A DNA stretch of 52,464 nt, taken from contig JAXLNO010000385.1 of NCBI GenBank assembly GCA_038087875.1, positions 1,488,001 through 1,540,464 on the forward strand, written 5' to 3'. The DNA is from Malacoraja senta. Taxonomy: Eukaryota. Position numbers and translations under genes: made by a program. A model generated the notes under the pieces. The model was not told the DNA's origin. It saw only the letters and a list, made by a program, of their open reading frames with translations, and ran no database searches. Below, piece by piece: positions 13,201 through 26,397 of the stretch (positions are counted from its first letter, which is position 1; each line of letters starts with the position of its first letter).

Positions 13201-16200
13201 ATGTGGTTTGGTTTGAAAATGCAAATGGTGATTTGGTTTGAAAATGCAAGTGTTGGATTGGTTTGGAAATGAAAAAGGTCGTTTGGTTTGAAAATGGAAA
13301 AGGTTTGCTTTGAAAATGCAAAATGATTACTTTGAAAATGCAACATGTGGTTTGCTTTGAAAATGCAAAAGGTGGTTTTTTTTAATCAAATGGTGGATCG
13401 CTTTGAAAATGCAAAAGGTTTGCTCTGAAAATGCAAAATGTTTGCCTATAAAATGCAAAAGGTTTGCTTTGAAAATGAAAATATTTGCTTTGAAAATGCA
13501 AATGGTTTTCATTGAAAATGCAAAAGGTGGTTTGCTTTGAAAATGCAACAGGTGGTTTGCTTTGAAAATGCAAATGGTGGTTTTGTTTTTAAATGCTAAT
13601 AGAGGTTTGTTTTGAAAATGTAAAAAGGAGGTTTGGTTTGAAAATGCAAAAGGTTTGCTTTGAAATTGCAAAAGTATATTTGGTTTGAAAATGCAAAATG
13701 TTTGCTTTGAAAATGCAAAAGGTGGTTTGCTTTGTAAATGCAAAAGGTTGTTTGGTTTGAAAATGCAAATGGTGGTTTGGTTTAGAAATGCAAATGTGGT
13801 TTGGTTTGAAAATTCAAATGGTGATTTGGTTTGAAAATGCAAATGTTGGTTTTGTTTGAAAAAGAATATGGTAGTTTGGTTTGAAAATTAAAAAAGGTGG
13901 TTTGATTTGAAAATGCAAACGGTTTGCTTTTAAAAGGCATAAGGTTTGCTTTGAAAATGCAAAAGGTGGTTTGCTTTGAAAATGCAAAAGGTGCTTTGGT
14001 TTGAAAATGCAATAGGTGGTTTGATTTGAAAATGCAAATAGTGGTTTGGTTTGGAAATGCAAAAGGTAGTTTGATTGGAAAATGCAAAAGGTTTGCTTTG
14101 AAAATGAAAATGGTTTGCTTTGAAAATGCAAAAGGTTTGCTTTGAAAATGCAAAAGGTGGTTTGCTTTGAAAATGCAAAACGTGGTTTGGTTTGAAAATG
14201 CAAAAGGTGGTTTGGCTTGAAAATGCAAATAGTGGTTTGGTTTGGAAATGCAAATGGTGGCTTTGAAAATGCACAAGGTTTGCTTTGAAAATGCAAAAGG
14301 TGGTTTGGTTTGAAAATGCAAAAGTTGGTTTGGTTTGAAAATGCAAATAGTGGTTTGGTTTGGAAATGCAAATGGTGGTTTGGTTTGAAAATGGAAAAGG
14401 TTTGCTGTGAAAATGCAAAAGGTTGGCTTTGAAAATGCAAAAGTTAGTTTGCTTTGAAATGCAAACAGTGGTTTGGTTTGAAAATGCAAAAGGTTGTTTT
14501 GTTTGAAAATGCAAAATGGTGGTTTGGTTTGAAAATGCAAATGGTGATTTTGTATTAAAAATGCAAAAGGTGGTTTGGTTTCAAAATGCAAATGGTTTGG
14601 TTTGAAAATGCAAAAGGTTTGGTTTGAAAATGCAAAAGGTTTGGTTTGTAACGCAAAACGGTTAGTTTGAAAATAGAAATGGTGGTTTGGTTTGAAAATA
14701 TAATTGGTGGTTTGGTTTGAAAATGCAAAAGGTTTGCCTAGAAATTGCAAAATGTTTGCATTGAAAATGGAAAGGGTTTGCTTTGAAAATGCAAAAGTTT
14801 TGGTTTGTAATGCAAAAGGTTTAGTTTGAAAATGCAAATGATGGATTGGTTTGAAAATGCAAATGGCGGTTTTCTTTGAAAATGCAAAAGGTGGTTTGCT
14901 TTGAAAATGGAAAAGGTGGTTTGCTTTGAAAATGCAAATGGTGGTTTGCTTTGAAAATGCAAAAGGTGGTTTGCTTTCAAAATGCAACAGGTGATTTGCT
15001 ATGAAAATGCAAAAGGTGGTTTACTTTGAAAATGAAAAAGGTGGTTTGCTTTGAAAATACAAATGGTGGTTTGCTTTGAAAATGCAAATGGTGGTTTGTT
15101 TTGAAAATGCAACAGGTGATTTGCTATGAAAATGCAAAGGGTGGTTTGCTTTGAAAATGAAATAGGTGGTTTGCTTTGAAAATACAAATGGTGGTTTGCT
15201 TTGAAAATGCAAATGGTGCTTTGCTTTGAAAATGCAAATAGTGGTTTGCTTTGAAAATGCAAAAAGGTTTGCTTTGATAAATGCAAAAGGTTTGCTTTGA
15301 AAATGCAAAAGGTTTGCTTTGAAAATGCAAAAGGATGTTTGGTTTGAAAATGCAAAAGGAGATTTGTTTTGAAAATGCAAATGGTGGTTTGGTTTGAAAA
15401 TGCAAATGGTGGTTTGTTTTGAAACTGCAAAAGGAGGTTTGGTTTTAAAATGCAAATGGTTTGCTTTGAAAATGCAAAAGGTTTGCTTTGAAAATTCAAA
15501 GGGTTTGAATTGAAAATGCAAAAGGTTTACTTTGAAAATGCCAAAGGTTTGCTTTGAAAATGGAAAAAGGTTTGCTTTGAAAATGCAAAAGTTTGTTTGG
15601 TTTGAAAATGCAAATGGTGGTTTGGTTTGAAAATGCTAATGGTGTTTTTTTGGAAAATGCAAAAGGAGGTTTGGTTTGAAAATGCAAAAGGTTTGCTTTG
15701 AAAATCCAAAAGGTTTGCTTTGAAAATGCATAAGAGGTTTGCTTTGAAAATGCAAATGGTTTGCTTTGAAAATGCAAAAGGTTTGGTTTGTAATGCAAAT
15801 GGTTTAGTTTGAAAATGAAAATGATGGATTGCTTTGGAAATGTAAATGGTGGTTTGCTTTGAATATGCAAAAAGGTTTGCTTTGAAAATGCAAAAGAATG
15901 TTTGTTTTGAAAATGCAAAACGAGGTTTGGTGTGAAAATACAAATGGTGGTTTGGTTTGAAAATGCAAATGGTGGTTTGTTTTGAAAATGCAAAAGGAGA
16001 TTTGGTTTAAAATGCAAAAGGTTTTCTTTAAAAATGCAAAAGTTTGCTTTGAAAATGCAAAAGCTGGTTCGGTTTGAAAATGCAAAAGGTTTACTTTGAA
16101 AATGCAAAAGGTTTGCTTTGAAAATGCAAAAGGTGGTTTGCTTTGAAAATGCAAAAGATGGTTTGGTTTGAAAATTCAAATGGTGGTTTGGTTTGTAAAT

Positions 16201-19200
16201 GCAAAAGGAGGTTTGGGTTGAAAATGCAAAAGGTTTGCTTTGAAAATGCAAAAGATTTGCTTTGAAAATGCAAATAGTGGTTTGGTTTGAAAATGCAAAA
16301 TGTTTACTTTGAAAGTGCAAAAGGTTTGCTTTGAAAATTCAAAAGGATGTTTGGTTTGAAAATGCAAAAGGAGGTGTGGTTAGAAAATGCAAACGGTGGT
16401 TTGGTTTGAAAATGCAAATGGTGGTTTGTTTTGAAAATGCAAAAGGAGATTTGGTTTAAAATGCAAAAGGTTTTCTTTGAAAATGCAAAACTTTGCTTTG
16501 AAAATGCAAAAGCTGGTTCGGTTTGAAAATGCAAAAGGTTTACTTTGAAAATGCAAAAGGTTTGCTTTGAAAATGCAAAAGGTGGTTTGCTTTGAAAATG
16601 CAAAAGATGGTTTGGTTTGAAAATTCAAATGGTGGTTTGGTTTGTAAATGCAAAAGGAGGTTTGGTTTGAAAATGCAAAAGGTTGGCTTTGAAAATGCAA
16701 AAGTTAGTTTGCTTTGAAAATGCAAAGAGTGGTTTGGTTTGAAAATGGAAAATGTGGTTTGGTTTGAAAATGCCAAATGGTGGTTTGGTTTGCAAATGCA
16801 AATGGTAGAGTTTTAAAATGCAAAAGGTTTGGTTTGAAAATGCAAAATGTTTAGTTTGAAAGTGCAATAAGTTGTTTGCTAGTAAAATGCAAAAGGTGGT
16901 TTGCTTTGAAAATGCAAAAGGTGGTTTGCTTGGAAAATGCAAAATGTGGTTTGCTTTGAAAATGCAAAAGGTTTGCATCGAAAATGCAAATGGCGGTTTG
17001 CTTCGAAAATGCAAATAGCGGTTTGTTTCAAAAATGCAAAAGGTGATTTGATTAGCAGATGCAATAGGTGGTTTGTTTGAAAATGCAAAAGTTGGTATGC
17101 TTTGAAAATGCAAAAGGTGGTTTGCTTTGAAAATGCAAAAAGGTGGTTTGCTTTGAAAATGAAAAAGGTGGTTTGCTTTGAAAATGCAAATGCTGGTTTG
17201 CTTTGAAAATGCAAACGTTTTACTTTGAAAATGCAAAAGGTTTGCTTTTAAAATGCAAAAGGTAGTTTACTTTGAAAATGCAAATGCTGGTTTGCTTTGT
17301 AAATGCAAAGGTTTTACTTTGAAAATGCAAAAGGTTTGCTTTTAAAATGCAAATGCTGGTTTGCTTTGAAAATGCAAATACTGGTTTGCTTTGAAAATGC
17401 AAATACTGGTTTGCTTTGAAAATGCAAAGGGTTTGCTATGAAAATGCAAAAGGTTTGGTTTAAAAATGCAAAAGGTTTGCTTTGAAAATGCAAATGCTGG
17501 TTTACTTTGAAAATTCAAATGGTGGTTTGCTTTGAAAATGCAAATGGAGGTTTGCTTTGAAAATGCAAAAGGATTGCTTTGAAAATGCAAATGGTGGATT
17601 GCTTTGAAAATGCAAAAGGTGGTTTGCATTGAAAATGCAAATCGTGGTTTGCTTCGAAAATGCAAATGGTCGTTTGGTTTTAAAATGCAAATGGTGGATT
17701 ACATTGAAAATGCAAAAGGTGCTTTTCTTTGCAAATGCTAAAGATGGTTTGCTTTTAAAATGCAAAAGATGGTTTTCTTTGAAAATGCAAAATGTGGTTT
17801 GCTTTGAAAATGCAAAACGTTTGTGTCGAAAATTCAAATGGCGGTTTGCTTCGAAAATGCAAATTGCGGTTTGCTTCGAAAATGCAAAAGGTAGTTTGCT
17901 TTGCAAATGCATAAGCAGGTTAGCTTTGGAAATGCAAAAGGTTTGCATCGAAAATGCAAATGGCGGTTTGCTTCGAAAATGCAAATAGCGGTTTGTTTCA
18001 AAAATGCAAAAGGTGATTTGGTTAGCAGATGCAAAAGGTGGTTTGTTTGCAAATGCAAAAGTTGGTATGCTTTGAAAATGCAAAAGGTGGTTTGCTTTGA
18101 AAATGCAAATGCTGGTTTGCTTTGAAAATGCAAAGGTTTTACTTTGAAAATGCAAAAGGTTTGCTTTTAAAATGCAAATGCTGGTTTGCTTTGAAAATGC
18201 AAATACTGGTTTGCTTTGAAAAGGCAAAGGGTTTGCTATGAAAATGCAAAAGGTTTGCTTTGAAAATGCAAAAGGTGGTATGCTTTGAAAATGCAAAAGG
18301 TGGTTTGCTTTGAAAATGCAAAAGGTGATTTGCTTGGAAAATGCAAAAGGTGGTATGCTTTGAAATTGCAAAAGGTTTGCATTGAAAATGCAAATAGCTG
18401 TTTGTTCCGGAAATGCAAAAGGTGGTTTGGTTTGCAGATGCAAAAGGTGGTTTGTTTTCAAAATGCAAAAGTTGGTATGCTTTGAAAATGTACACGGTGG
18501 TTTGCTTTGAAAATGCAAAAGGTGATTTGCTTTGACAATGCGACAAATGCTTTGCTTTGAAAATGCAAAAGGTGGTTTCATTGAAAAAGCAAATGGTGAT
18601 TTGCTTTGAAAATGCAAATGGTGGTTTGCGTTGAAAATGTAACAGGTGTGCTTTGAAAATGCAAAAGAATTGCTTTGAAAATGCAAAATGATAGTATTGA
18701 AGATGCAAATGGTCGTTTGGTTCTTAAATGGAAATGGTGGATTACATTGAAAATGCAAATGGTGCTTTTCTTTGAAAATGCAAAAGATGGTTTGCTTTGA
18801 AAATGCAATCGGTGGTTTGCTTTGAAAATGCAAAAGGTGGTTTGCTTTGAAAATGCAAAAGGTGATTTGCTTTGAAAATGCGAAAAATGTTTTGCTTTGA
18901 AAATGCAAAATGTGGTTTGCTTTGAAAATGCAAAAGGTGGTTTGCTTTGAAAATGCAAATGCTGGTTTGCTTTGTAAATGCAAAGGTTTTACTTTGAAAA
19001 TGCAAAAGGTTTGCTTTTAAAATGTAAATGCTGGTTTGCTTTGAAAATGCAAATGCTGGTTTGCTTTGTAAATGCAAAGGTTTTACTTTGAAAATGCAAA
19101 AGGTTTGCTTTGAAAATGCAAATGGAGGTTTGCTTTGAAAATGCAAAAGGATTGCTTTGAAAATGCAAATGGTGGATTGCTTTGAAAATGCAAAAGGTGG

Positions 19201-22135
19201 TTTGCTTTGAAAATGCAAATCGTGGTTTGCTTTCAAAATGCAAATGGTGGTTTGCTTTGAAAATGCAAATGGTGGTTTGCTTTGAAAATGCAAATGGTGG
19301 TTTGCTTTGAAAATGCAAAAGGTTGTTTGCTTTGAAAATGCGAAAAAATATTTTGCTTTGAAAATGCAAAAGGTGGTTTGCGTTGAAAAAGCAAATGGTG
19401 ATTTGCTTTAAAATGCAAATGGTGGTTTGATTTGAAAATGCAAAAGGTGTGCTTTGAAATTGCAAAAGATTTGCTTTGAAAATACAAAATGATTGTTTTG
19501 AAGATGCAAATCGTCGTTTGGTTTGAAAATGCAAATGGTGGATTACATTGAAAATGCAAAAGGTGCTTTTATTGAAAATGCTAAAGATGGTTTGCTTTTA
19601 AAATGCAATCGGTGGTTTGCTTTGAAAATGCAAAAGGTGGTTTGCTTTGAAAATGCAAACGGTGGTTTGCTTTGAAAATGCAAAAGGTGATTTTCTTTGA
19701 AAATGCGAAAAATGTTTTGCTTTGAAAATGCAAAATGTGGTTTGCTTTGAAAATGCAAAACTTTTGTATCGAAAATGCAAATGGCGGTTTGCTTCGAAAA
19801 TGCAAATTGCGGTTTGCTTCGAAAATGCAATAGGTGGTTGCTTTGCAAATGCATAAGCAGGTTAGCTTTGAAAATGCAAAAGGTTGTTTCCTTTGAAAAT
19901 GCAAAAGGTTGTTTCCTTAGAAAATGCAAATGGTGGTTTGCTTTCAAAATGCAAATGGTGGTTTGCTTTGAAAATGCAAATGGTGGTTTACTTTGAAAAT
20001 GCAAAAGGTTGTTTGCTTTGAAAATGCAAAAAATGTTTTGCTTTGAAAATGCAAAAGGTGGTTTGCGTTGAAAATGCAAATGGTGATTTGCTTGAAAATG
20101 CAAATGGTGATTTGCTTTGAAAATGCAAAAGGTGTGCTTTGAAAATTTGAAAGATTTGCTTTGAAAATGCAAAAGGATTGTTTTAAAGATGCAAATGGTG
20201 GTTTGGTTTGAAAATGCAAATGGTGGTTTGCATTGAAAATGCAAAAGGTGCTTTGCTTTGAAAATGCAAAAGATGGTTTGCTTTGAAAATGCAAAATGTG
20301 GTTTGCTTTGAAAATGCAAAGGGTTTGATTCGAAAATGCAAATTGCGGTTTGCTTCGAAAATGCAAAAGGTGGTTTGCTTTGCAAATGCATAAGCTGATT
20401 AGCTTCGAAAATGCAAAAGGTGGTTTGCGTTGAAAATGCAAAGGGTGGTTTGCTTTAAATGCAAAAGTGGTTTGCTTTGAAAATGCAAATGGTGGTTTGC
20501 TTTGAAAATGCGAATGGTGGTTTGCTTTGAAAATGCAAAAGGTTTCCTTTGAAAATGCAAAAGGTTTGTTTTGAAAATGCAAAAGGTTTGCTTTGAAAAT
20601 GCAACTGGTGGTTTGCTTCGAAAATGCAATTGGCGGTTTGCTTCGAAAATACAAATGGCGGTTTCCTTTGAAAATGCAAAGGTAGTTTGCTTTGAAAATG
20701 CAAAGGGTGGTTTGCTTTGAAAATGTAAAAAGATTTGCGTCGAAAATGCAAATGGCGGTTTAGTTCGAAAATGCAAATGGTGGTTTGCTTTGAAAAGGCA
20801 AAAGTTGTTTTGCTTTAAGAATGTAAAAGTTGGTTTCCTTTGAAAATGCAAATGGTGGTTTGCTTTGAAAATGCAAATGGTGGTTTGCTTTGAAAATGCA
20901 AAAGGTTGTTTGCTTTGAAAATGCGAAAAAATATTTTGCTTTGAAAATGCAAAAGGTGGTTTGCGTTGAAAAAGCAAATGGTGATTTGCTTTAAAATGCA
21001 AATGGTGGTTTGATTTGAAAATGCAAAAGGTGTGCTTTGAAAATGCAAAAGATTTGCTTTGAAAATACAAAATGATTGTTTTGAAGATGCAAATGGTCGT
21101 TTGGTTTGAAAATGCAAATGGTGGATTACATTGAAAATGCAAAAGGTGCTTTTATTGAAAATGCTAAAGATGGTTTGCTTTTAAAATGCAAAATGTGGTT
21201 TGCTTTGAAAATGCAAAGGGTTTGATTCGAAAATGCAAATTGCGGTTTGCTTCGAAAATGCAAAAGGTGGTTTGCTTTGCAAATGCATAAGCTGATTAGC
21301 TTCGAAAATGCAAAAGGTGGTTTGCGTTGAAAATGCAAAGGGTGGTTTGCTTTAAATGCAAAAGTGGTTTGCTTTGAAAATGCAAATGGTGGTTTGCTTT
21401 GAAAATGCGAATGGTGGTTTGCTTTGAAAATGCAAAAGGTTTCCTTTGAAAATGCAAAAGGTTTGTTTTGAAAATGCAAAAGGTTTGCTTTGAAAATGCA
21501 ACTGGTGGTTTGCTTCGAAAATGCAATTGGCGGTTTGCTTCGAAAATACAAATGGCGGTTTCCTTTGAAAATGCAAAGGTAGTTTGCTTTGAAAATGCAA
21601 AGGGTGGTTTGCTTTGAAAATGTAAAAAGATTTGCGTCGAAAATGCAAATGGCGGTTTAGTTCGAAAATGCAAATGGTGGTTTGCTTTGAAAAGGCAAAA
21701 GTTGTTTTGCTTTAAGAATGTAAAAGTTGGTTTCCTTTGAAAATGCAAATGGTGGTTTGTTTTGAAAATGCAAAAGGTGGTTTGCTTTGAAAATGCAAAT
21801 GGTTTGCTTTGAAAATGCAAATGGTGGTTTGCTTTGAAAATGCAAAAGGTGGTTTGCTTTGAAAATGCAAATGGTTTGCTTTGAAAATGCAAAAGGTGGT
21901 TTGCTTTGAGAATGCAAAAGGTGGTTTGGCTTGAAAATGCAAATAGTGGTTTGGTTTGAAAATGCAAAAGGTGGTTTGGCTTGAAAATGCAAATAGTGGT
22001 TTGGTTTGGAAATGCAAATGGTGGCTTTGAAAATGCAAAAGGTGGTTTGCTTTGAAAATGCAAAAGGTGGTTTGGTTTGAAAATGCAAATAGTGGTTTGG
22101 TTTGGAAATGCAAATGGTGGTTTGGTTTGAAAATG
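7222..22135 (-). repeat. Same satellite in reverse orientation
   Basis: GGTGGTTTGCTTTGAAAATGCAAA monomers from the 7218-7221 junction to ~22135. CpG-containing variants (GCTTCGAAAA) cluster at ~17-18 kb and ~19.8-21.7 kb. Confidence 0.98.
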
Positions 22136-22339
22136 ATGATGATGTGTTATGATAATGATATGCAAATATCTTGACCTTTGTATCAGCTGACGTGAAGGAC
22201 AGATCGGGTGTGCGCTGTGTAAGCAGGGTGTGGGCAGGAGGCCATGGCCCGGGGAGATAATAAACACAGAGACAAAGGAATGTGACCTGTAAATATTGTG
22301 TCAGTATTATTATTCCACCTTAGGTGAAGATTTGACAGG

Positions 22340-22512
22340 TGTGTGGGGATAGAGAGGGGGAGGAGTGAGGGGGGAGAATGGGAGAAGTGTGGGAAGAGAG
22401 ATTGGGAGTAGTGTGGGGAGAGAGAAGTAGTTTGTAGAGAAATGTTAGGAGCGTCTGGAGAGAGGGGGTGTGTGAGGAAAGAGAGGGAGTGCGGAGAGAG
22501 AGGATGGGAGGG
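22340..22512. repeat. GA-rich low-complexity repeat (GTGTGGGGAGAGAGAGG-like)
   Basis: Purine-rich degenerate repeats; the same motif resumes at 26060-26390 on the other side of the CR1. Confidence 0.8.
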
Positions 22513-25500
22513 TAGAAAATAGGTGCAGGAGGCCATTCGGCCCTTCGAGCCAGCACCGCCTTTCATTGTGATGGCTGATCATCTACAATCAGTAACCAGT
22601 GCCTGCCTTCTCCCCATATCCTTTGATTCCGCTAGCCCCAAGAGCTCTATCTAACTCTCTTTTAAATGCATCCAGTGATTTGCCCTCTACTGCCTTCAGT
22701 GGCCGAGAATTCCACAAATTCACAACTCTCTGGGTGAAAAAGTTGTTTCTCATCTCAGTTTTAAATGGCCTCCCATTTATTCTTTGACTGTGGCCCCTAG
22801 TTCTGGACTCCCCCAACATTGGGAACATTTTTCCTGCATCCAGCTTGTCCAGTCCTTTTATAATTTTATATGTTTCTATAAGATACCCTCTCATCTTTCT
22901 AAATTCCAGTGAATACAAGCCCAGTCTTTCCAATCTTTCTTCATATGACAGTCCCGCTATCCCGGGGATTAACCTTGTGAACCTACGCTGCACTACCTCA
23001 ATAGCAAGGATGTCCTCAACTGCACACATCACCCCAGATGTGGTCTCGTTTCACTTCCCTTTTCCCTAATCTGACACCATTGAGATAACAATCTGCCCCC
23101 TCGTTCTTGCCGCCAAAGTGAATAACCTCACATTTATCTGTATTATACTGCATCTGCCATGCATCCGCCCACATAAGTAACTTGTCCAAGTCACCCTGCA
23201 ACCTCCTCGCATCCTCTTCACAGTTCACACTGCCACCCAGCTTTGTGTCATCTGCAAATTTGCTAGTGTTACTTGTAATCCCATCATCTAAACCATTAAT
23301 ATATATTGTAAATAGTTGCGGGCTCAGTACCGAGCCTTGCGGCACTCCACTCGCCATGGCCTGTCATTCTGACAGGGACTCATTTATTCCTACGCTTTGT
23401 TTCCTGTCTGCCAACCAATTCTCTATCCATGCCAATACCCCCAATACCATGTGCTCTCATTTTGCCCACTAATCTCCTGTGTGGGACCTTATCAAACGCT
23501 TTCTGAAAGTCCAGAGACACTGCATCCACTGGCTCTCCTTCATCCATTTTACTTGTCACATCCTCAAAAAATTCCTGAAGAATAGTCAAGCAGGAATTCC
23601 CCATCATATGTCCATGCTAACTTGGACCAATTCTTTTACTGTTATCAAAATGCGCCGTTATTACTTATTTAATGATTGACTTCAGCATCTTCCCCACCAC
23701 CGATGTCAGGCTAACTGGTCTATAATTCCTCATTTTCTCTCTCGCTCCTTTCTTGATAACATTAGCTACCCTCTAATCCACCGGAACTGATCCTGAATCT
23801 ATAGAACATTTGGAAAATGATCACCAATGCGTCCACAATTTCCAGAGCCACCTCCTTGAGTACCCTGGGATGCAGACCATCAGGCCTTGGGGATTTATCA
23901 GCCTTCACTCCCATCAGTCTACCCAATATGGGAGGTACACAAAAATGCTGGAGAAACTCAGCGGGTGCAGCAGCATCTATGGAGCGAAGGAGATAGGCAA
24001 CGTTTCGGGCCAAAACCCTTCCAGCTCAAGTGTACCCAATATTATTTCTCGCCTAATGCAAATTTCTTTCAGTTCCTCTGCCTCCCGAGATCCTCTGTCC
24101 TCTAGTACATCTGGGAGATCTGTTCGTGTCTTCCTTAGTGAAGACAGAACCAAAGTACCTGTTCAATTCTTGTGCCATTTCCTTGTTGCCCATAATAATT
24201 TCACATGATTCTGCCTTCAAGGGACCCACATTGTCTTTACTAATCCTTTTCCCTTAACATACCTAAAGAAGCTTTTAAAATCCTACTTTATATTCCTGGC
24301 CAGTTTCCCCTCGTACTTCATCTTTTCAGCCCGTATTGCCCGTTTTGTTTCCTTCTGTTGTCCTATGAAAGTTTCCCAATCCTCTGGCTTCCGGCTACTC
24401 TTTGCTGTGTTATACATCTTTTCTTTTAGTTTTATTCCATCCCTAACTTCTCTTGTCAGCCACGTCTCTTACTCCCCTCAGAATCTTTCTTCCTCTTTGG
24501 AATGAAATGATCCTGCGTCTTCCGGATTATGCCCAGAAATTCCTGCCATTTCTGTTCCACCGTCATTCCTGCTAGGATCCCTTTCCAGTCGACCTTGGCC
24601 AGCTCCTCTCTCATGCCTTCATAGCCCCTTTGTTCAGCTGCAACATTGACACTTCTGATTTAACCTTCTCACTCTCAAATTGCATATTGAAACTTATCAT
24701 ATTATGATCACTACCTCCTAGCGGTTCCTTTACCTCGAGTTCCCTTATTAAATCTGGATCATTGGACAACACTAAATCCAGAATTGCCTTTTCTCTGGTC
24801 GGCTCCATTACAAGCTGCTCTAAGAATCCATCTCGGAGACATTCTACAAACTCACTTTCTTGGGGTCCAGAACCAATCTGATTTTCCCAGTATACCACAT
24901 ATTGAAATCTCCCATCACCACAGTGGCATTACCTTTGTTACATGCCAGTTTTAAGTCCTGTTGCAGCTTGTACCCTATATCCACGCTACTGTTTGGGGCC
25001 CTGTAGATAACTCCCATTAGTGCGTTCTTACCTTTACAATTCCGCAATTCTATCCACAGAGACTCTACATCGTCAGTCCCTATGTGACCCCTCGCAAGGG
25101 ACTGAATTTCATCCCTCATCAATAGATTTACCCCCCCTCCTCTGCCCACCAGCCTGTCCTTTCTATAGGATGTATAACCCTGAATATTCAGTTCCCAGTC
25201 CCGATCCTCCTGCATCCACGTCTCAGTAATCCCCACAATGTCATATCTACCAACATCTAACTGAGCCTCAAGCTCTTCTACTTTACTTCTTATACTTTGT
25301 GCATTCATATATAATACTTTTAAGCCATTACTCACCTCACCTTTCACATCGATCCCTATTACACTTGGCCATACTCTCCTATCCCTTCGTGAGCTTTCTG
25401 CCCCGTTAATTCTGGTGTCTTTCTTAACTTTTCCTATACTCTCTTTCCCTTTAACTCCATCCTTGTATTTCCAATTTGTCTCTCCCCCCCACTATTTACT

Positions 25501-26057
25501 TTAAACCCCCCCCCCCCCCGTGTAGCAGTGGCAAACCTGCCTGCCACAATGCCGGTCCCCCGCCAGTTAAGGTGTAACCCGTCCCTTTTGTACAATTCAC
25601 CCTTTACCCCAAAACAGATCCCATGGGCTAAGAATCCAAATCCCTGCCCCCTGCACCAGCTCCTCAGCCACACCTTCAGATCCCCTATCTCTCTGTTTCT
25701 GCCCTCTCCAGCACGAGGAACTGGAAGCAAACCGGAGATAACCACCCTAGACGTCTTGCTTTTTAGCCTTCTTCCGAGCTATGTAAAGTCACGCTGCAGA
25801 ATCTCTTTCCTCTTCTTCCCGACATCATTTGTGCCGACATGTACTACCACTTCCGGCTGTTCACCTTCACCCTTGAGGATGCCCTGTAATTGGTCCGTGA
25901 CGTCCTGGATCCTGGCACCAGGGAGGCAACACACCATCTTTGAATCTCACCTGTTGCTGCAGAAACCCGTCTGTACCTCTCACGATGGAGTCCCCGACAA
26001 CCACGGCTCTGCCTGATGTCTCTCTCTTCTGCTTTGTTTCAGCGCCACGTTTAAACT
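22513..26057 (-). mobile_element. CR1-clade LINE, decayed and internally deleted: ORF1 esterase, APE endonuclease, RT fragments, 3' UTR
   Basis: ORF1 motifs VVVGDSIVRG and DGLHLNWRG (25434-26050). Endonuclease motifs YMNAQSI, GITETW, VMGDFN (24844-25347). RT motifs LDFQKAFDKVPH, GVPQGSVL, KFADDTK (23016-23607). C-terminus RRFTRLIPG..FFTQRVVNLWNS (22589-23032). Many stops and frameshifts. Confidence 0.95.
23933..24030 (-). repeat. Short interspersed repeat (putative Penelope-derived, hammerhead-like core) inserted in the CR1
   Basis: ACACAAAAATGCTGGAGAAACTCAGCGGG..GCAGCATCT..ACGTTTCGGGC..ACCCTT matches the copies at 39657, 41016, 42708, 45715 and 46655. Confidence 0.7.
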
Positions 26058-26059
26058 CA

Positions 26060-26390
26060 CAGACTGTGGGGAGAGATAAGGTGCAGGTGTGTGGGGGGGA
26101 GAGAGAGGGAGTGCGGAGACAGAGGGCGGGAGAAGTGTGGGGAAGGAGGGAGAGGACTGTGGGGAGAGAGAGGGTGCAGGTGTGTGGAGAGGGAGTGGGG
26201 AGAGAGTCGGGCAGGAATGAAGGAAGAGAGGGGAGGAGAGTGGGGAGAGGGGGACATGTGGGGAGAGAGAGGGAGAGTGTGGAGAGGGGAGAGGAGTGGG
26301 GAGAAAGAGGAGGAGGTTTGAGGGAGCGGGTAGGGGGAGCGATAGAGACAGAGGTGGAGGGAAGAGTGCGAGAGGTGGAGGGCCGTGAGG
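26060..26390. repeat. GA-rich minisatellite / low-complexity tract
   Basis: Repeated GTGTGGGGAGAGAGAGGG-type units. Confidence 0.85.
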
Positions 26391-26397
26391 AGCATGT

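Noticed and set aside
1..22135. CRISPR-like appearance of short regular repeats
   Set aside because: No unique spacers, no cas genes, and a eukaryotic context.
164..22267. More than 100 ORFs of up to 580 aa in the satellite
   Set aside because: The consensus monomer has no stop codon on one strand, so all three frames stay open; products are the repeat translated, mostly from non-ATG starts.
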